Of a stretch of 27,373 nt of DNA, positions 15,887 through 24,454 are shown one piece after another. The notes under the pieces are model-generated. The model had not been told where the DNA came from and made no database searches. It saw only the letters and a list, made by a program, of their open reading frames with translations. The DNA is from Actinomycetota bacterium (GTDB taxonomy: Bacteria; Actinomycetota; CADDZG01; WHSQ01), in assembly GCA_046715695.1 (NCBI GenBank), contig JBKJYP010000113.1, positions 1 through 27,373 of the forward strand, written 5' to 3'. A program made the position numbers and the translations under genes. The first letter of the stretch is position 1, and the number at the start of each line of letters is the position of its first letter.

Positions 15887-16048
15887 ATGGACCTGGATGG
15901 ACCCGACGCTCCCCTCGAGGTGAGTGCCGAAACCCAAGCACAGCTGGCCGCCGCGGCGGAGCTGAGCGACCCCGAGCGGGTAAAGGTATTAGAGGAGATC
16001 TACGAAAGCCTTGAGGCCGAGCTCGAACGGGAGTTGCCGAGCGTCTAG
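15887..16048 (+). CDS. Small acidic helical protein (53 aa), positional analogue of the small ORF upstream of tlyA
   Basis: MDLDGPDAPLEVSAETQAQLAAAAELSDPERVKVLEEIYESLEAELERELPSV, from ATG 15887. CATAAT lies 6 nt upstream. It fills the gap between the phasin-like gene and tlyA. Confidence 0.6.
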   Translation: MDLDGPDAPLEVSAETQAQLAAAAELSDPERVKVLEEIYESLEAELERELPSV

Positions 16049-16052
16049 TCGT

Positions 16053-16058
16053 TAACCT
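16053..16058 (+). promoter_or_regulatory. Putative -10 hexamer TAACCT for leaderless tlyA operon transcript
   Basis: TANNNT exactly 6 nt upstream of ATG 16065, with no SD sequence. Confidence 0.6.
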
Positions 16059-16064
16059 TCTTGG

Positions 16065-16865
16065 ATGCCCAAAGCCGCACGGCTCGATCTCGAGATGGTT
16101 CGTCGTGGGCTGGCCCCCAGCCGGGCCGAAGCAGGGCGCGCGATCGGGGCAGGGAGGGTCATCGTCAAAGGGATGCCGGCGCAACGGGCATCGACGATGG
16201 TGCTACCTGATGACTCGATCGCCATCGCGGGAGAGGCCGCCCCTTACGTATCGCGTGGAGGAGACAAACTACGCGGCGCGCTGGATCGGTTCGACGTCGA
16301 TCCAGCCGGGAAGACGTGGCTGGATGCCGGAGCATCGACCGGTGGATTCACGGATTGCTTGCTCCAGGCAGGGGCCGTCGCGGTGGTGGCCGCAGATGTC
16401 GGTTACGGCCAGCTCCACTGGCGCCTGCGAGAGGATCCACGGGTGATCGTCCTCGAGCGCAAGAACCTCCGGAACCTCGAACCGGGAGAGCTTCCCTGGG
16501 CCCCCGACGGCATAGTCGCGGATCTTTCCTTCATCTCGCTCACCTCGGTCCTCCCGGCGCTGACATCTGTTCTCGGCGCAGCGGGAGAGATGGTCCTATT
16601 GGTCAAACCTCAGTTCGAGGCGGGCCGGGCGGCGGTCGGCCGGCGCGGCGTCGTTACCGATCCGGAGGTGCGGGCGCGAGCCCTTCGGAAGGTTGCCGAG
16701 GCCGCAGTGAGCCTCGGGCTGACTGTGTCCGGCGCTTGTGCGTCGCCTATCAAGGGACCTGCCGGAAACGTCGAGTACTTCCTCCATTGTTCCCGGGGCA
16801 GTAGCTCACCGGCGCTCGATGATGAGGCGTTGAGCAAGGCCGTCGCACACGGAGAATCGCTGTGA
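16065..16865 (+). CDS. tlyA: TlyA family rRNA 2'-O-methyltransferase
   Basis: S4 domain RLDLEMVRRGLAPSR, plus YVSRGGDKL, DAGASTGGFTDCLL, DVGYGQL, DLSFISL, LVKPQFE and GNVEYF. Confidence 0.97.
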   Translation: MPKAARLDLEMVRRGLAPSRAEAGRAIGAGRVIVKGMPAQRASTMVLPDDSIAIAGEAAPYVSRGGDKLRGALDRFDVDPAGKTWLDAGASTGGFTDCLLQAGAVAVVAADVGYGQLHWRLREDPRVIVLERKNLRNLEPGELPWAPDGIVADLSFISLTSVLPALTSVLGAAGEMVLLVKPQFEAGRAAVGRRGVVTDPEVRARALRKVAEAAVSLGLTVSGACASPIKGPAGNVEYFLHCSRGSSSPALDDEALSKAVAHGESL

Positions 16866-17644
16866 ACCTGTCTCGTATCGGGGTCGTGGTCCACGATGGG
16901 AAACCTGCTGCCGTTCGCCTCCGCGACGAGCTCGGGACCTGGCTCGGCCGGCGCGGGGCAGCCTTCGACCAGGATGACCCCGGATTGATCCTTTCGCTCG
17001 GTGGGGACGGCACGATGTTGCGAGCCGCGCAGCTTGCCCATCAGAAAGATGTCCCGCTCCTCGGGATCAACCTGGGCTCACTCGGCTATCTGACCGAGGT
17101 GGATGAAGGCGGCGCCCACGAAGCTCTGGAGCAGGTGCTCACAGGCGACATCCAGATCGAGGAAAGGATGATGCTCGAGTGCTCGATCCCCGGCTCCGGG
17201 GAACGTTTCGTGGGCTTGAACGAGGTCCTGGTCGAGCGGGCTTCCCAGCATCGGATCGTGCGGTTCGGGATCGGGATCGGCGGTGAGAGCTTCACGGACT
17301 TCAACGCCGACGGGGTGATCGTCGCGACACCGACAGGTTCTACGGCTTACGCGATGAGCGCGGGTGGGCCGATCGTCTCTCCGAGAGCAGAGTGCATCGT
17401 CGTAGTGCCGGTGAGCGCACACATCATCTTCTCGCGACCTTTCGTGCTGGCGGCCGATGAAGCGATCGAGATATCTGTCAAGGGCGACCAGCCGGCGTCT
17501 GTCTCGCTCGATGGAGCGATCGGATGTGATGTCGCTGCGGGGTCGGTCGTGAGGGTCGGCCGCCATCCGCGTCCCCTCAAGCTCGTGCGCACGGGTGGCC
17601 CCCGCTTCCTAGAGCGGTTACGGATCAAGTTGGGCCTGCCCTGA
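16862..17644 (+). CDS. nadK: NAD(+) kinase
   Basis: Motifs GGDGTML, GINLGSLGYL, LNE, ADGVIVATPTGSTAYAMSAGGPI. GTGA overlap with tlyA. Confidence 0.96.
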   Translation: MNLSRIGVVVHDGKPAAVRLRDELGTWLGRRGAAFDQDDPGLILSLGGDGTMLRAAQLAHQKDVPLLGINLGSLGYLTEVDEGGAHEALEQVLTGDIQIEERMMLECSIPGSGERFVGLNEVLVERASQHRIVRFGIGIGGESFTDFNADGVIVATPTGSTAYAMSAGGPIVSPRAECIVVVPVSAHIIFSRPFVLAADEAIEISVKGDQPASVSLDGAIGCDVAAGSVVRVGRHPRPLKLVRTGGPRFLERLRIKLGLP

Positions 17645-19299
17645 TGCTGACGGACCTGATAGTCGAAGGCCTTGGGGTCATCGATCGGGCCGAGGTCGCC
17701 CTCGATCCCGGGTGCGTTGCGCTGACCGGCGAAACGGGGGCCGGGAAGACGCTCATCGTCGCGGCGCTCGGCCTTTTACTGGGCGATCGTGCCGATCGAT
17801 CTTTGCTCCGAGAGGGCGTGGACCAAGCAACCGTGGAGGCCAGATTCGAAGTCGAGGCATCGCACCCGGCTGCAGTTGCCGCGGCCGAGGCCACCGGCGA
17901 GGGGGCGACCACCGAGGTCGTGCTCGCGCGAAGCATCCATGCAGACGGCCGCAGCCGGGCTCGCATCAACGGGAGGATGGCGAACGCATCCACCCTGAAA
18001 GAGGTCGGTGCCCTGCTCGTCGAGATCGCGGGGCAGAACCAGCATCAGAGGCTGGGCACTCGCGCCGTCCAACGGGAGATCCTGGATTCATTCGCGGGAC
18101 CGGAAGCGATCGAGCTCGTCCAGAAGCTTGGAGAGGTGGTTCCGGCAGCCGTGCGCGCCGCCCAGGACCTGGAGGGATTCCTGTCGTCGGCCGCACAGCG
18201 AGAGAGACAGCGAGATGCCCTCAGATACGAGATCGAGGAGATCGAGAAAGCCTCGGTGGGCGAGGGGGAGCTTGCCGACCTCGGGGCCGAGATCGCCCGC
18301 GCGGATAGCGCTTCGTTGATAGCCGACGCCGTGGGCACCGCTCTCGACGCGGTCGGTTCGGACGACGGGGCTGCAACGAGAGCATCTCTTGCGGCCGCGG
18401 CTCTCGAGACGGTTGCTTCGATACAGCCGGAGGTCTCGGATCTTGTGGATCGGCTCCGGGCAGCAGCCGGCGAGCTCGATGATGTCTCGCACGCTCTGGC
18501 CGGCCTCGCCGCTCCACCCCCGCAAGGATCGATCGACGAGATGCGAGCGCGCCTCGAGGTCCTTCGAAGGCTCGAGCGCAAGTACGGAGGTCTGTTCGAG
18601 TATCTCGCGGGGGCTCGAGAGAGACTCGCCGCGCTCGAGGACGACGATGAGAGTCTCGAGCGTCTTCGGGCGGAGGCCGACAGGCTCCGAACCGACGCCG
18701 AGAGGTTGGGCCAGAGTCTCGGTGTCTGCCGGAGAGAGGCGGCCCCTAAGTTGTCCGCAGCGGTAGACGAGGCGCTTACCAACCTAGCGATGGCCGGGGC
18801 GCGCTTCGAGGTCGCCCTCCAGCCGGGCGAACTCACGGCTCACGGAGCCGAATCCGTTGAGTTCCTGCTTTCGGCCAACATCGGCGAAGCCCCCAAACCG
18901 TTGTCCCGTGTCGCCTCGGGTGGCGAGTTGTCGCGGCTTTCGCTCGCGATAAACCTCCTCGCCTCCGCCGGCGGTGTGCCCACGATGGTCTTCGATGAGG
19001 TCGACGCTGGCGTCGGGGGGGCCGCGGCTCGATCGGTGGGTGATGCCCTCGCCAACCTCGCGCGCAAACGCTCCAAGCAGGTGATCGTGGTGACGCACCT
19101 TCCTCAGGTAGCAGCGTTCGCAGACCAGCACCTTCAGGTGACCAAGGAGCAAGAGGGCGACCGCACGGCTGCGCGACTAGCGCGCGTCGAAGGGGATGAG
19201 AGAGTCGGCGAGCTGTCTCGCATGCTCGCGGGCTTCCCGGACTCGGAAAGCGCAAGGGGCCACGCTCGGGAGCTACTGGATCTCGGGTCGCGCCCTTGA
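17644..19299 (+). CDS. recN: DNA repair protein RecN
   Basis: Walker A TGETGAGKT, long coiled coil, signature ASGGELSR, Walker B FDEVDAGVGG, and VTHLPQVAA. Confidence 0.97.
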   Translation: MLTDLIVEGLGVIDRAEVALDPGCVALTGETGAGKTLIVAALGLLLGDRADRSLLREGVDQATVEARFEVEASHPAAVAAAEATGEGATTEVVLARSIHADGRSRARINGRMANASTLKEVGALLVEIAGQNQHQRLGTRAVQREILDSFAGPEAIELVQKLGEVVPAAVRAAQDLEGFLSSAAQRERQRDALRYEIEEIEKASVGEGELADLGAEIARADSASLIADAVGTALDAVGSDDGAATRASLAAAALETVASIQPEVSDLVDRLRAAAGELDDVSHALAGLAAPPPQGSIDEMRARLEVLRRLERKYGGLFEYLAGARERLAALEDDDESLERLRAEADRLRTDAERLGQSLGVCRREAAPKLSAAVDEALTNLAMAGARFEVALQPGELTAHGAESVEFLLSANIGEAPKPLSRVASGGELSRLSLAINLLASAGGVPTMVFDEVDAGVGGAAARSVGDALANLARKRSKQVIVVTHLPQVAAFADQHLQVTKEQEGDRTAARLARVEGDERVGELSRMLAGFPDSESARGHARELLDLGSRP

Positions 19300-19303
19300 C
19301 ACC

Positions 19304-20494
19304 ATGAAGTTGAGACTCCGTCGCCGGCGATCCTCCACAGAAGCATCTGACCGCAGCGGTGTTGCTCGGGTCGGGCCTCGAACGAAGGATCTCATCGCTC
19401 GGATCGAGCCGGGTGAGATAGCCATCATCGATCATCAGGATCTCGATCGGATCGCCGCCGAAGGGTTGGTGCTGCGGAAGGTCAAGGCGGTAGTGAATGC
19501 GACCCACTCCAGCAGTGGTCGCTATCCGAACCTCGGCCCCCTCCTCGTGGTCTCGGCCGGTATCCCTCTGATCGATGCCGCGGGACCCAAAGTGATGGCG
19601 ATCCCCGACGGAGCGCGAGTGATGATCGAGGGAGGACGCGTCTTTCTCGTCGAGGGCGACGATAAGTCTGAGGTGGCGCACGGCCATCCGTTGTCGCTCG
19701 AGGACGCAGAGGCCACGCTCGATGCCTCCAAGAAGACGATCGTGACCGAGCTGGAGCGCTTCGCCGAGAACACGATCAACTACATCCGCGAGGAGAGAGA
19801 TGTATTGCTCGATGCGACGCGTCTCCCTGAGGTTCGCACAGATTTCCACGGCCGGCACGTACTAGTCGTCGTCCGTGGATACGACTACAAAGAGGATCTC
19901 TCTGCGCTGGGCCCCTACATCAGGGAGGTTCGGCCGATCCTCATCGGGGTCGACGGAGGAGCCGATGCGCTCATAGATGTTGGCCTCAAACCGAACCTGA
20001 TCATCGGGGACATGGACTCGGTCACCACGGAGGCTCTCGTCTGCGGAGCCGAGTTGGTCGTGCACGCGTACGCCGGCGGGCATGCACCCGGCATCGAGAG
20101 GATCGATGCGCTGGGCTTGGACTCCGTGCTTTTCGAAGCGACCGGGACCTCCGAGGACATAGCTCTGCTCCTTGCTTTCGAGCGGGGGGCGGAGTTGATC
20201 GTCGCGGTTGGGACGCACGCGAACCTCGTGGAGTTCCTGGACAAGGGCCGTAAGGGGATGGCTTCCACGTTCTTGGTGCGTCTGAGGGTAGGCCCTATCC
20301 TGGTCGACGCGAAGGGCGTGAGCCGGCTCTACGGCGCGCGGGTCAAGCGCAAGGATCTCGTGATGCTTGTGGGATCGGCTCTCCTCGCGATGGCGATCGT
20401 GATCTCCCTATCGGAACCCTTGAGGCTGGAGCTGGAGCTGGTATGGACCCAGATAAAGACCACATGGTTCTCACTCCAAGATTCGGTTTTCTGA
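19304..20494 (+). CDS. steA: SteA family cell-separation protein (Rv1697-like, thiamine pyrophosphokinase-like domain)
   Basis: Start moved to ATG 19304. Motifs GRYPNLGP, FAENT, GRHVLVVVRG, IGVDGGADAL, IIGDMDSV, GTSEDIALLLA, EFLDKGRKGMASTFLVRLRVG. C-terminal TM helix. Position after recN. Confidence 0.92.
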   Translation: MKLRLRRRRSSTEASDRSGVARVGPRTKDLIARIEPGEIAIIDHQDLDRIAAEGLVLRKVKAVVNATHSSSGRYPNLGPLLVVSAGIPLIDAAGPKVMAIPDGARVMIEGGRVFLVEGDDKSEVAHGHPLSLEDAEATLDASKKTIVTELERFAENTINYIREERDVLLDATRLPEVRTDFHGRHVLVVVRGYDYKEDLSALGPYIREVRPILIGVDGGADALIDVGLKPNLIIGDMDSVTTEALVCGAELVVHAYAGGHAPGIERIDALGLDSVLFEATGTSEDIALLLAFERGAELIVAVGTHANLVEFLDKGRKGMASTFLVRLRVGPILVDAKGVSRLYGARVKRKDLVMLVGSALLAMAIVISLSEPLRLELELVWTQIKTTWFSLQDSVF

Positions 20495-20510
20495 TGACCG
20501 GCAAGCCTCG

Positions 20511-21461
20511 ATGATCGATTTCCGCTATCACCTCATCTCCATAATCTCGGTCCTCCTCGCGCTGTCGCTAGGCATACTCGTCGGCTCTGGGTTCCTGGGC
20601 GATCCCTTGCTCGAAGACATCAAGAAAAGGACCGACGCTGTGAATGCGGCCAACGACCGGCTGCTGGAGCTCGCTTCGAAACTGCGCGCCGAGATCCGAC
20701 AGCGCGACGAGTCGTTCCAAGAAGCGGCTCCGCTGCTCCTCGAAAGCCGCCTTACCGACCGACAGGTCGTCATGTTCGTGCTTGAAGGAACCCCGGGAGG
20801 GATGATCGGTGAGATCACCGATGCCATCGAGGAGGCGGGGGGCGCCGTAGCGACCACTATCCGGGTCTCGGACAGATTCCGGCTCGAGACCCCGGCCGAA
20901 CAGGACCAGCTCGCGCTCATACTCCGCGCTCTGCCCGATGCGGAAGATGCGCTCCGAGCTCAGGCGGGCACCCTTCTCGGATCGAGAGCAGCGAGCGTCG
21001 CCGCGTTGCCGGCAAGGGGAAACACGAACGAGAGCCTCCATCCTCTCGAGAACCGGTTGATGGCCTTGCTTGACGAGCTCGCCGATGCCGACTACATCTC
21101 GGTTGAGTCCGGGGAGGAGGTGGTTCCGCGCGGCGCTGTCTTCGCGATCGTGGGGGGGAGCAAGGACGACCCTCCCTTCGAACCCCACTCCTTCGTGGTG
21201 TCGTTGGGGGACGGGATCGCGGAGAACCAGGGAGTGGCGATCGCGGCCGAGCCCTCGGACAGCATCTGGGAGTTGGTCGAAGCGTTGCGGGATGAGCCTC
21301 GGACTGTGGGTGTCGTTGCCACTGTAGACAACGCCGAGTCGATCTTCGGCCAGATCGCCATCGTGTTGGGCTTGCAACGGGCCGAACTGGGGATCATCGA
21401 CCACTACGGCACGGGCTCCGGTGCAACCCGCATCCTTCCGGAGCCGGAATCTGGGACGTGA
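20511..21461 (+). CDS. steB: SteB/MctB (DUF3186, Rv1698-like) membrane protein
   Basis: Diagnostic N-terminus MIDFRYHLISIISVLLALSLGILVGSG, a coiled coil, and C-terminal VATVDN...GQIAIVLGL...HYGTGSGA. Directly after steA. Confidence 0.92.
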   Translation: MIDFRYHLISIISVLLALSLGILVGSGFLGDPLLEDIKKRTDAVNAANDRLLELASKLRAEIRQRDESFQEAAPLLLESRLTDRQVVMFVLEGTPGGMIGEITDAIEEAGGAVATTIRVSDRFRLETPAEQDQLALILRALPDAEDALRAQAGTLLGSRAASVAALPARGNTNESLHPLENRLMALLDELADADYISVESGEEVVPRGAVFAIVGGSKDDPPFEPHSFVVSLGDGIAENQGVAIAAEPSDSIWELVEALRDEPRTVGVVATVDNAESIFGQIAIVLGLQRAELGIIDHYGTGSGATRILPEPESGT

Positions 21462-23100
21462 TCCTGTAGACAACGGCGCGGCTCCGTCGCTCTCGCGGGG
21501 TGCGGCCTCGATCACGCTTGCCACAGCTCTGTCGCGACTGACCGGGTTCGTTCGCGTCATCGTCGTGGCCGCAGCGATGGGCACGACGTTCATGGCCAAC
21601 ACGTATCAGACTGCGAACACGGCTCCGAACGTCCTGTTCGAGCTGCTTGCAGCCGGCGTGTTGACCTCGGTCTTCGTCCCCACATTCGTCGAGTTCATCG
21701 TCGCGCGGCGACGAGATGAGGGTTGGGTGGTCGCGGACATCCTCAGCACCGCTGCGATCCTGGCCCTCTGCGTTCTCTCCGTGTTGCTGGCTCTGGCCGC
21801 GCCGTTGGTGATGCGCCTCCTGACGATCGGTGTGCAGGATCGGGCGCTGCGCGCGGATGAGATAGCGACCGGGGCCTCGCTACTCAGATTGTTCGCTCCT
21901 CAGGTCGTTCTCTACGGCGTCGGGATGATCATGACGGCCGCATTGCATGCCCACCGTCGTTTCGGGCTCGCCGCAGCGGCGCCGATCTTCAACAACATCA
22001 TCGTCATCGGCGTCTACCTGGCTTACGCGCAGATGCGCGGTGACTCCCCTCCGTCGGTCCACTCGGTGGGCACCGACGAGATCTGGCTACTCGGGCTCGG
22101 CACGACCGCGGGTGTTCTGGCGATGACGGCCGTACTCGTTGTGCCCCTGAGGAGGTTGGGCTGGCGTTTCAGACCCCGATGGGATCCCCATCACCCCGTT
22201 CTGAGGAAGAGCGCTCGACTCGGTGTGTGGGCGTTGGGCTACGCGGGCGGTTATCAGGCCGGATTGATCGTGGTCCTCGTGCTCGCCAACCGGATCGAGG
22301 GGGGAGTGGCCGCGTATCAGTGGGCCTACACATTCTTCTATCTACCTCACGCGTTGTTCTCGGTCCCCATCTTCTCGGTGCTCTTCACTGCCATGGCCGA
22401 GCACGTAGCCAGGAGTGAGCTCGAAGCCGTTTCCGATCGGATCCGTTCCGGCCTACAGATGCTGCTCTTCCTCCTCATCCCCCTGTCGATCGGGCTGGTA
22501 GCTGTCGCACAACCCCTTGCGAGGCTCACGCTTCTGTTGGGTGTCATGACGCCGTCGGGGGCCGCGCTGGTGGGCCGTGTCTTGGCAGGATTCGCGATCG
22601 GACTGCCGACGTATTCGATATTTCTCGTCTACACGCGCGCGTTCTATGCGATCGGAGAGACGAAGGTGCCGGCGTTGCTGAATGCCCTTTCGGTTCTGGT
22701 GGCTTCGGTATCGGGAGCGGCGCTTTTCTACCTGGCGCCGTCACGCTGGTCCGTTCCTGGACTCGCCGTCGGTCATTCCTTGGGCTTCGGGGTGGGCGCC
22801 TGGCTGCTTGCCCGGGCTTTCGAACGACGAACCCCGGGCGTCAAGGGTGTCGAGGCGATGTCCGTCGTCCGCTCGGCGGGGGCCGGCCTCCTGACGCTGC
22901 TCGTCCTCGTGCCTGCAGCCGCTCAGGCTCTCGATGCCGGCAGCCGCTTGACAACGGGGCTATGGCTGGCCTTGGGGGCGGCCGGAGGGACCCTGATCTA
23001 CCTGGGGGTGATGCTCGGCCTGGGCTCCGAGGAACCGCAGAGGATCGCCAAGCTGGTGACTCAACGCCGAAACCCGGGTCCCACGGCCAAAGATGGGTAG
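21421..23100 (+). CDS. murJ: MurJ/MviN-family lipid II flippase (MOP superfamily), no C-terminal kinase-homology extension
   Basis: Motifs LSRLTGFVR, YQTANTAPNVLFELLAAGVLTSVFVP, FAPQVVLYG, AAPIFNN, LPHALF and RAFYAIGETKVP. The only canonical start that keeps TM1 is GTG 21421, overlapping steB by 41 nt, so the start is uncertain. Confidence 0.9.
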   Translation: MQPASFRSRNLGRDPVDNGAAPSLSRGAASITLATALSRLTGFVRVIVVAAAMGTTFMANTYQTANTAPNVLFELLAAGVLTSVFVPTFVEFIVARRRDEGWVVADILSTAAILALCVLSVLLALAAPLVMRLLTIGVQDRALRADEIATGASLLRLFAPQVVLYGVGMIMTAALHAHRRFGLAAAAPIFNNIIVIGVYLAYAQMRGDSPPSVHSVGTDEIWLLGLGTTAGVLAMTAVLVVPLRRLGWRFRPRWDPHHPVLRKSARLGVWALGYAGGYQAGLIVVLVLANRIEGGVAAYQWAYTFFYLPHALFSVPIFSVLFTAMAEHVARSELEAVSDRIRSGLQMLLFLLIPLSIGLVAVAQPLARLTLLLGVMTPSGAALVGRVLAGFAIGLPTYSIFLVYTRAFYAIGETKVPALLNALSVLVASVSGAALFYLAPSRWSVPGLAVGHSLGFGVGAWLLARAFERRTPGVKGVEAMSVVRSAGAGLLTLLVLVPAAAQALDAGSRLTTGLWLALGAAGGTLIYLGVMLGLGSEEPQRIAKLVTQRRNPGPTAKDG

Positions 23101-23143
23101 GGTAGGCGACTTCCGCACCCGATCCAGAAGGAGGAACACGCCC

Positions 23144-23428
23144 TTGAACAAGAAAGAATTGGTCGACTCCGTCGCAGCGGCCACGGATGAGAGCAAGCGC
23201 ACGGTGGCCAACGTCCTAGACGAGGCGATCGATCTGATCCAGCGGTCCGTCAAGAAAGGTGAGCGCGTAACGCTGCCGGGTTTCGGCACATTCGAGCGCC
23301 GCGCCCGGGCTGCCCGCACAGCACGCAACCCTCGCACCGGTGAGGAGATCAAGGTCAAGGCTTCGAAGGTCCCCGCTTTCAAGGCAGGCTCCGCCTTCAA
23401 GGAGTTCGTCAATGGGGTGAAGAAGTAG
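23144..23428 (+). CDS. hup: Histone-like DNA-binding protein HU (94 aa, no PAKK tail)
   Basis: TTG start at 23144 after AGAAGGAGG. MNKKELV...GERVTLPGFGTFERRARAARTARNPRTGEEIKVKASKVPAFKAG. Confidence 0.97.
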   Translation: MNKKELVDSVAAATDESKRTVANVLDEAIDLIQRSVKKGERVTLPGFGTFERRARAARTARNPRTGEEIKVKASKVPAFKAGSAFKEFVNGVKK

Positions 23429-23441
23429 GAACCCTGCACCT

Positions 23442-23804
23442 ATGAAAAGAGCTGCGGTTGGCGGGGCCCACAGGGGCCCCGTCGCCGTTTCTAGGCAACG
23501 TCGAACCCTGCGGCTAGTTCAGGGGATCCTCGTCCTCCTTGCCGCGATCCTGTTCATCTACGCCGGCTACTCGTGGGGTCGCTCATCCGGCTTCGAAGCG
23601 GGGAGACAGGCCGCCGACATCGACGCACCCCGGCGGCCGGGGGCAGGTCAGACGATCGTCCTGACGGTGATAGGTGGATCGATACTGCTGGCGGCATTCC
23701 TGCTCCAGTCGGGTGGCGTGCTGCGCTCTCCTGTTCCGGCTCGTCTCGACGAGCTTGCCGGCCGGGCTGAGGATGCTGCGATCGCGCGTGCAGAGGAGTC
23801 CTAA
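23442..23804 (+). CDS. Small hypothetical two-TM membrane protein
   Basis: Two hydrophobic segments (LVQGILVLLAAILFIYAGYSW and TIVLTVIGGSILLAAFLL). Fills the gap between hup and the convergent cofC, with a 4-nt stop-codon overlap. Confidence 0.65.
   Translation: MKRAAVGGAHRGPVAVSRQRRTLRLVQGILVLLAAILFIYAGYSWGRSSGFEAGRQAADIDAPRRPGAGQTIVLTVIGGSILLAAFLLQSGGVLRSPVPARLDELAGRAEDAAIARAEES
23460..23483 (+). terminator. GC-rich hairpin about 30 nt after the hup stop, possible terminator or stabiliser
   Basis: GGCGGGGCCC-ACAG-GGGCCCCGTC stem-loop followed by GCCGTTTCT. The U tract is weak and the hairpin lies inside the next ORF. Confidence 0.35.
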
Positions 23805-24424
23805 GGGTTCAGGAATCGTCCGGTGTGTGTCTCAGCAGCGCGCGGATGAGCGAGGAATCTATCTACGTCTTCCGGTGTGTCGATGTCTAGGGCGAGCCGA
23901 GGCAACGCCAGGATCGAACACCGGAACCCCTCACGTTCGGCCGATGCGATGTGTGCGTTGAGGCTCGCGGGACCGAATCGAGGTTCGATCAGGTTGGGTG
24001 GACGCAGATAGAGCCCGTTGGTTCCGCCATCGTTCCCGGCCGGCACCACAACGACGTCTGAAGTCGCTCCCGTGTCGAGCAGATCGTTCAGGTCGTAGGA
24101 AGAGGCAAGCGGCACGTCGCTCGGGACAACCGTCAACGAGTCTGCCCCCCGTTCGCTCGCGGCGCGAGCCGCGAGAGCAAGTGCCTCATTGAGCCCGGTG
24201 CCGGTTTCGTCGAGAACCTCGAAACCGGCCCCCACGGCTGAGCTCTTGACCTCTTCGTCCGAGGTGACGATCAACCATCCCAGCGCGGGCGTCCCGGCGG
24301 CAAGGTCCAGCGCATCTCGCAGGAGGGCGCGAGCGATGCCTAGCCGTGTGTCTTCATCGAACCTCCCGGCGAGCCTGCTCTTGGCCGCGAGGAGCGGTTT
24401 GACCGGGATGACGCCGATGTCCAT
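23801..24424 (-). CDS. cofC: 2-phospho-L-lactate/phosphoenolpyruvate guanylyltransferase (F420 biosynthesis, CofC/FbiD)
   Basis: Motifs IPVK...AKSRLA, GLNEAL, VPSDVPL, GGTNGL, FGPASLNAH and LDIDTPED. Confidence 0.93.
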   Translation of the reverse strand: MDIGVIPVKPLLAAKSRLAGRFDEDTRLGIARALLRDALDLAAGTPALGWLIVTSDEEVKSSAVGAGFEVLDETGTGLNEALALAARAASERGADSLTVVPSDVPLASSYDLNDLLDTGATSDVVVVPAGNDGGTNGLYLRPPNLIEPRFGPASLNAHIASAEREGFRCSILALPRLALDIDTPEDVDRFLAHPRAAETHTGRFLNP

Positions 24425-24430
24425 CCCCGC

Positions 24431-24436
24431 AATCTA
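24431..24436 (-). promoter_or_regulatory. Putative -10 hexamer TAGATT for leaderless cofC transcript
   Basis: Minus-strand TANNNT exactly 6 nt upstream of ATG 24424. Confidence 0.55.
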
Positions 24437-24454
24437 CGGGCGCCCGGCGTCCTC

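Noticed and set aside
16065-16865. TlyA as a haemolysin or virulence factor
   Set aside because: It sits in the standard housekeeping tlyA-nadK-recN context with intact methyltransferase motifs; nothing here supports a virulence role.
20511-21461. Copper transporter or outer-membrane channel (MctB label)
   Set aside because: This is a legacy annotation of the family. Adjacency to steA supports the SteB cell-separation role, and no copper-handling genes are present.
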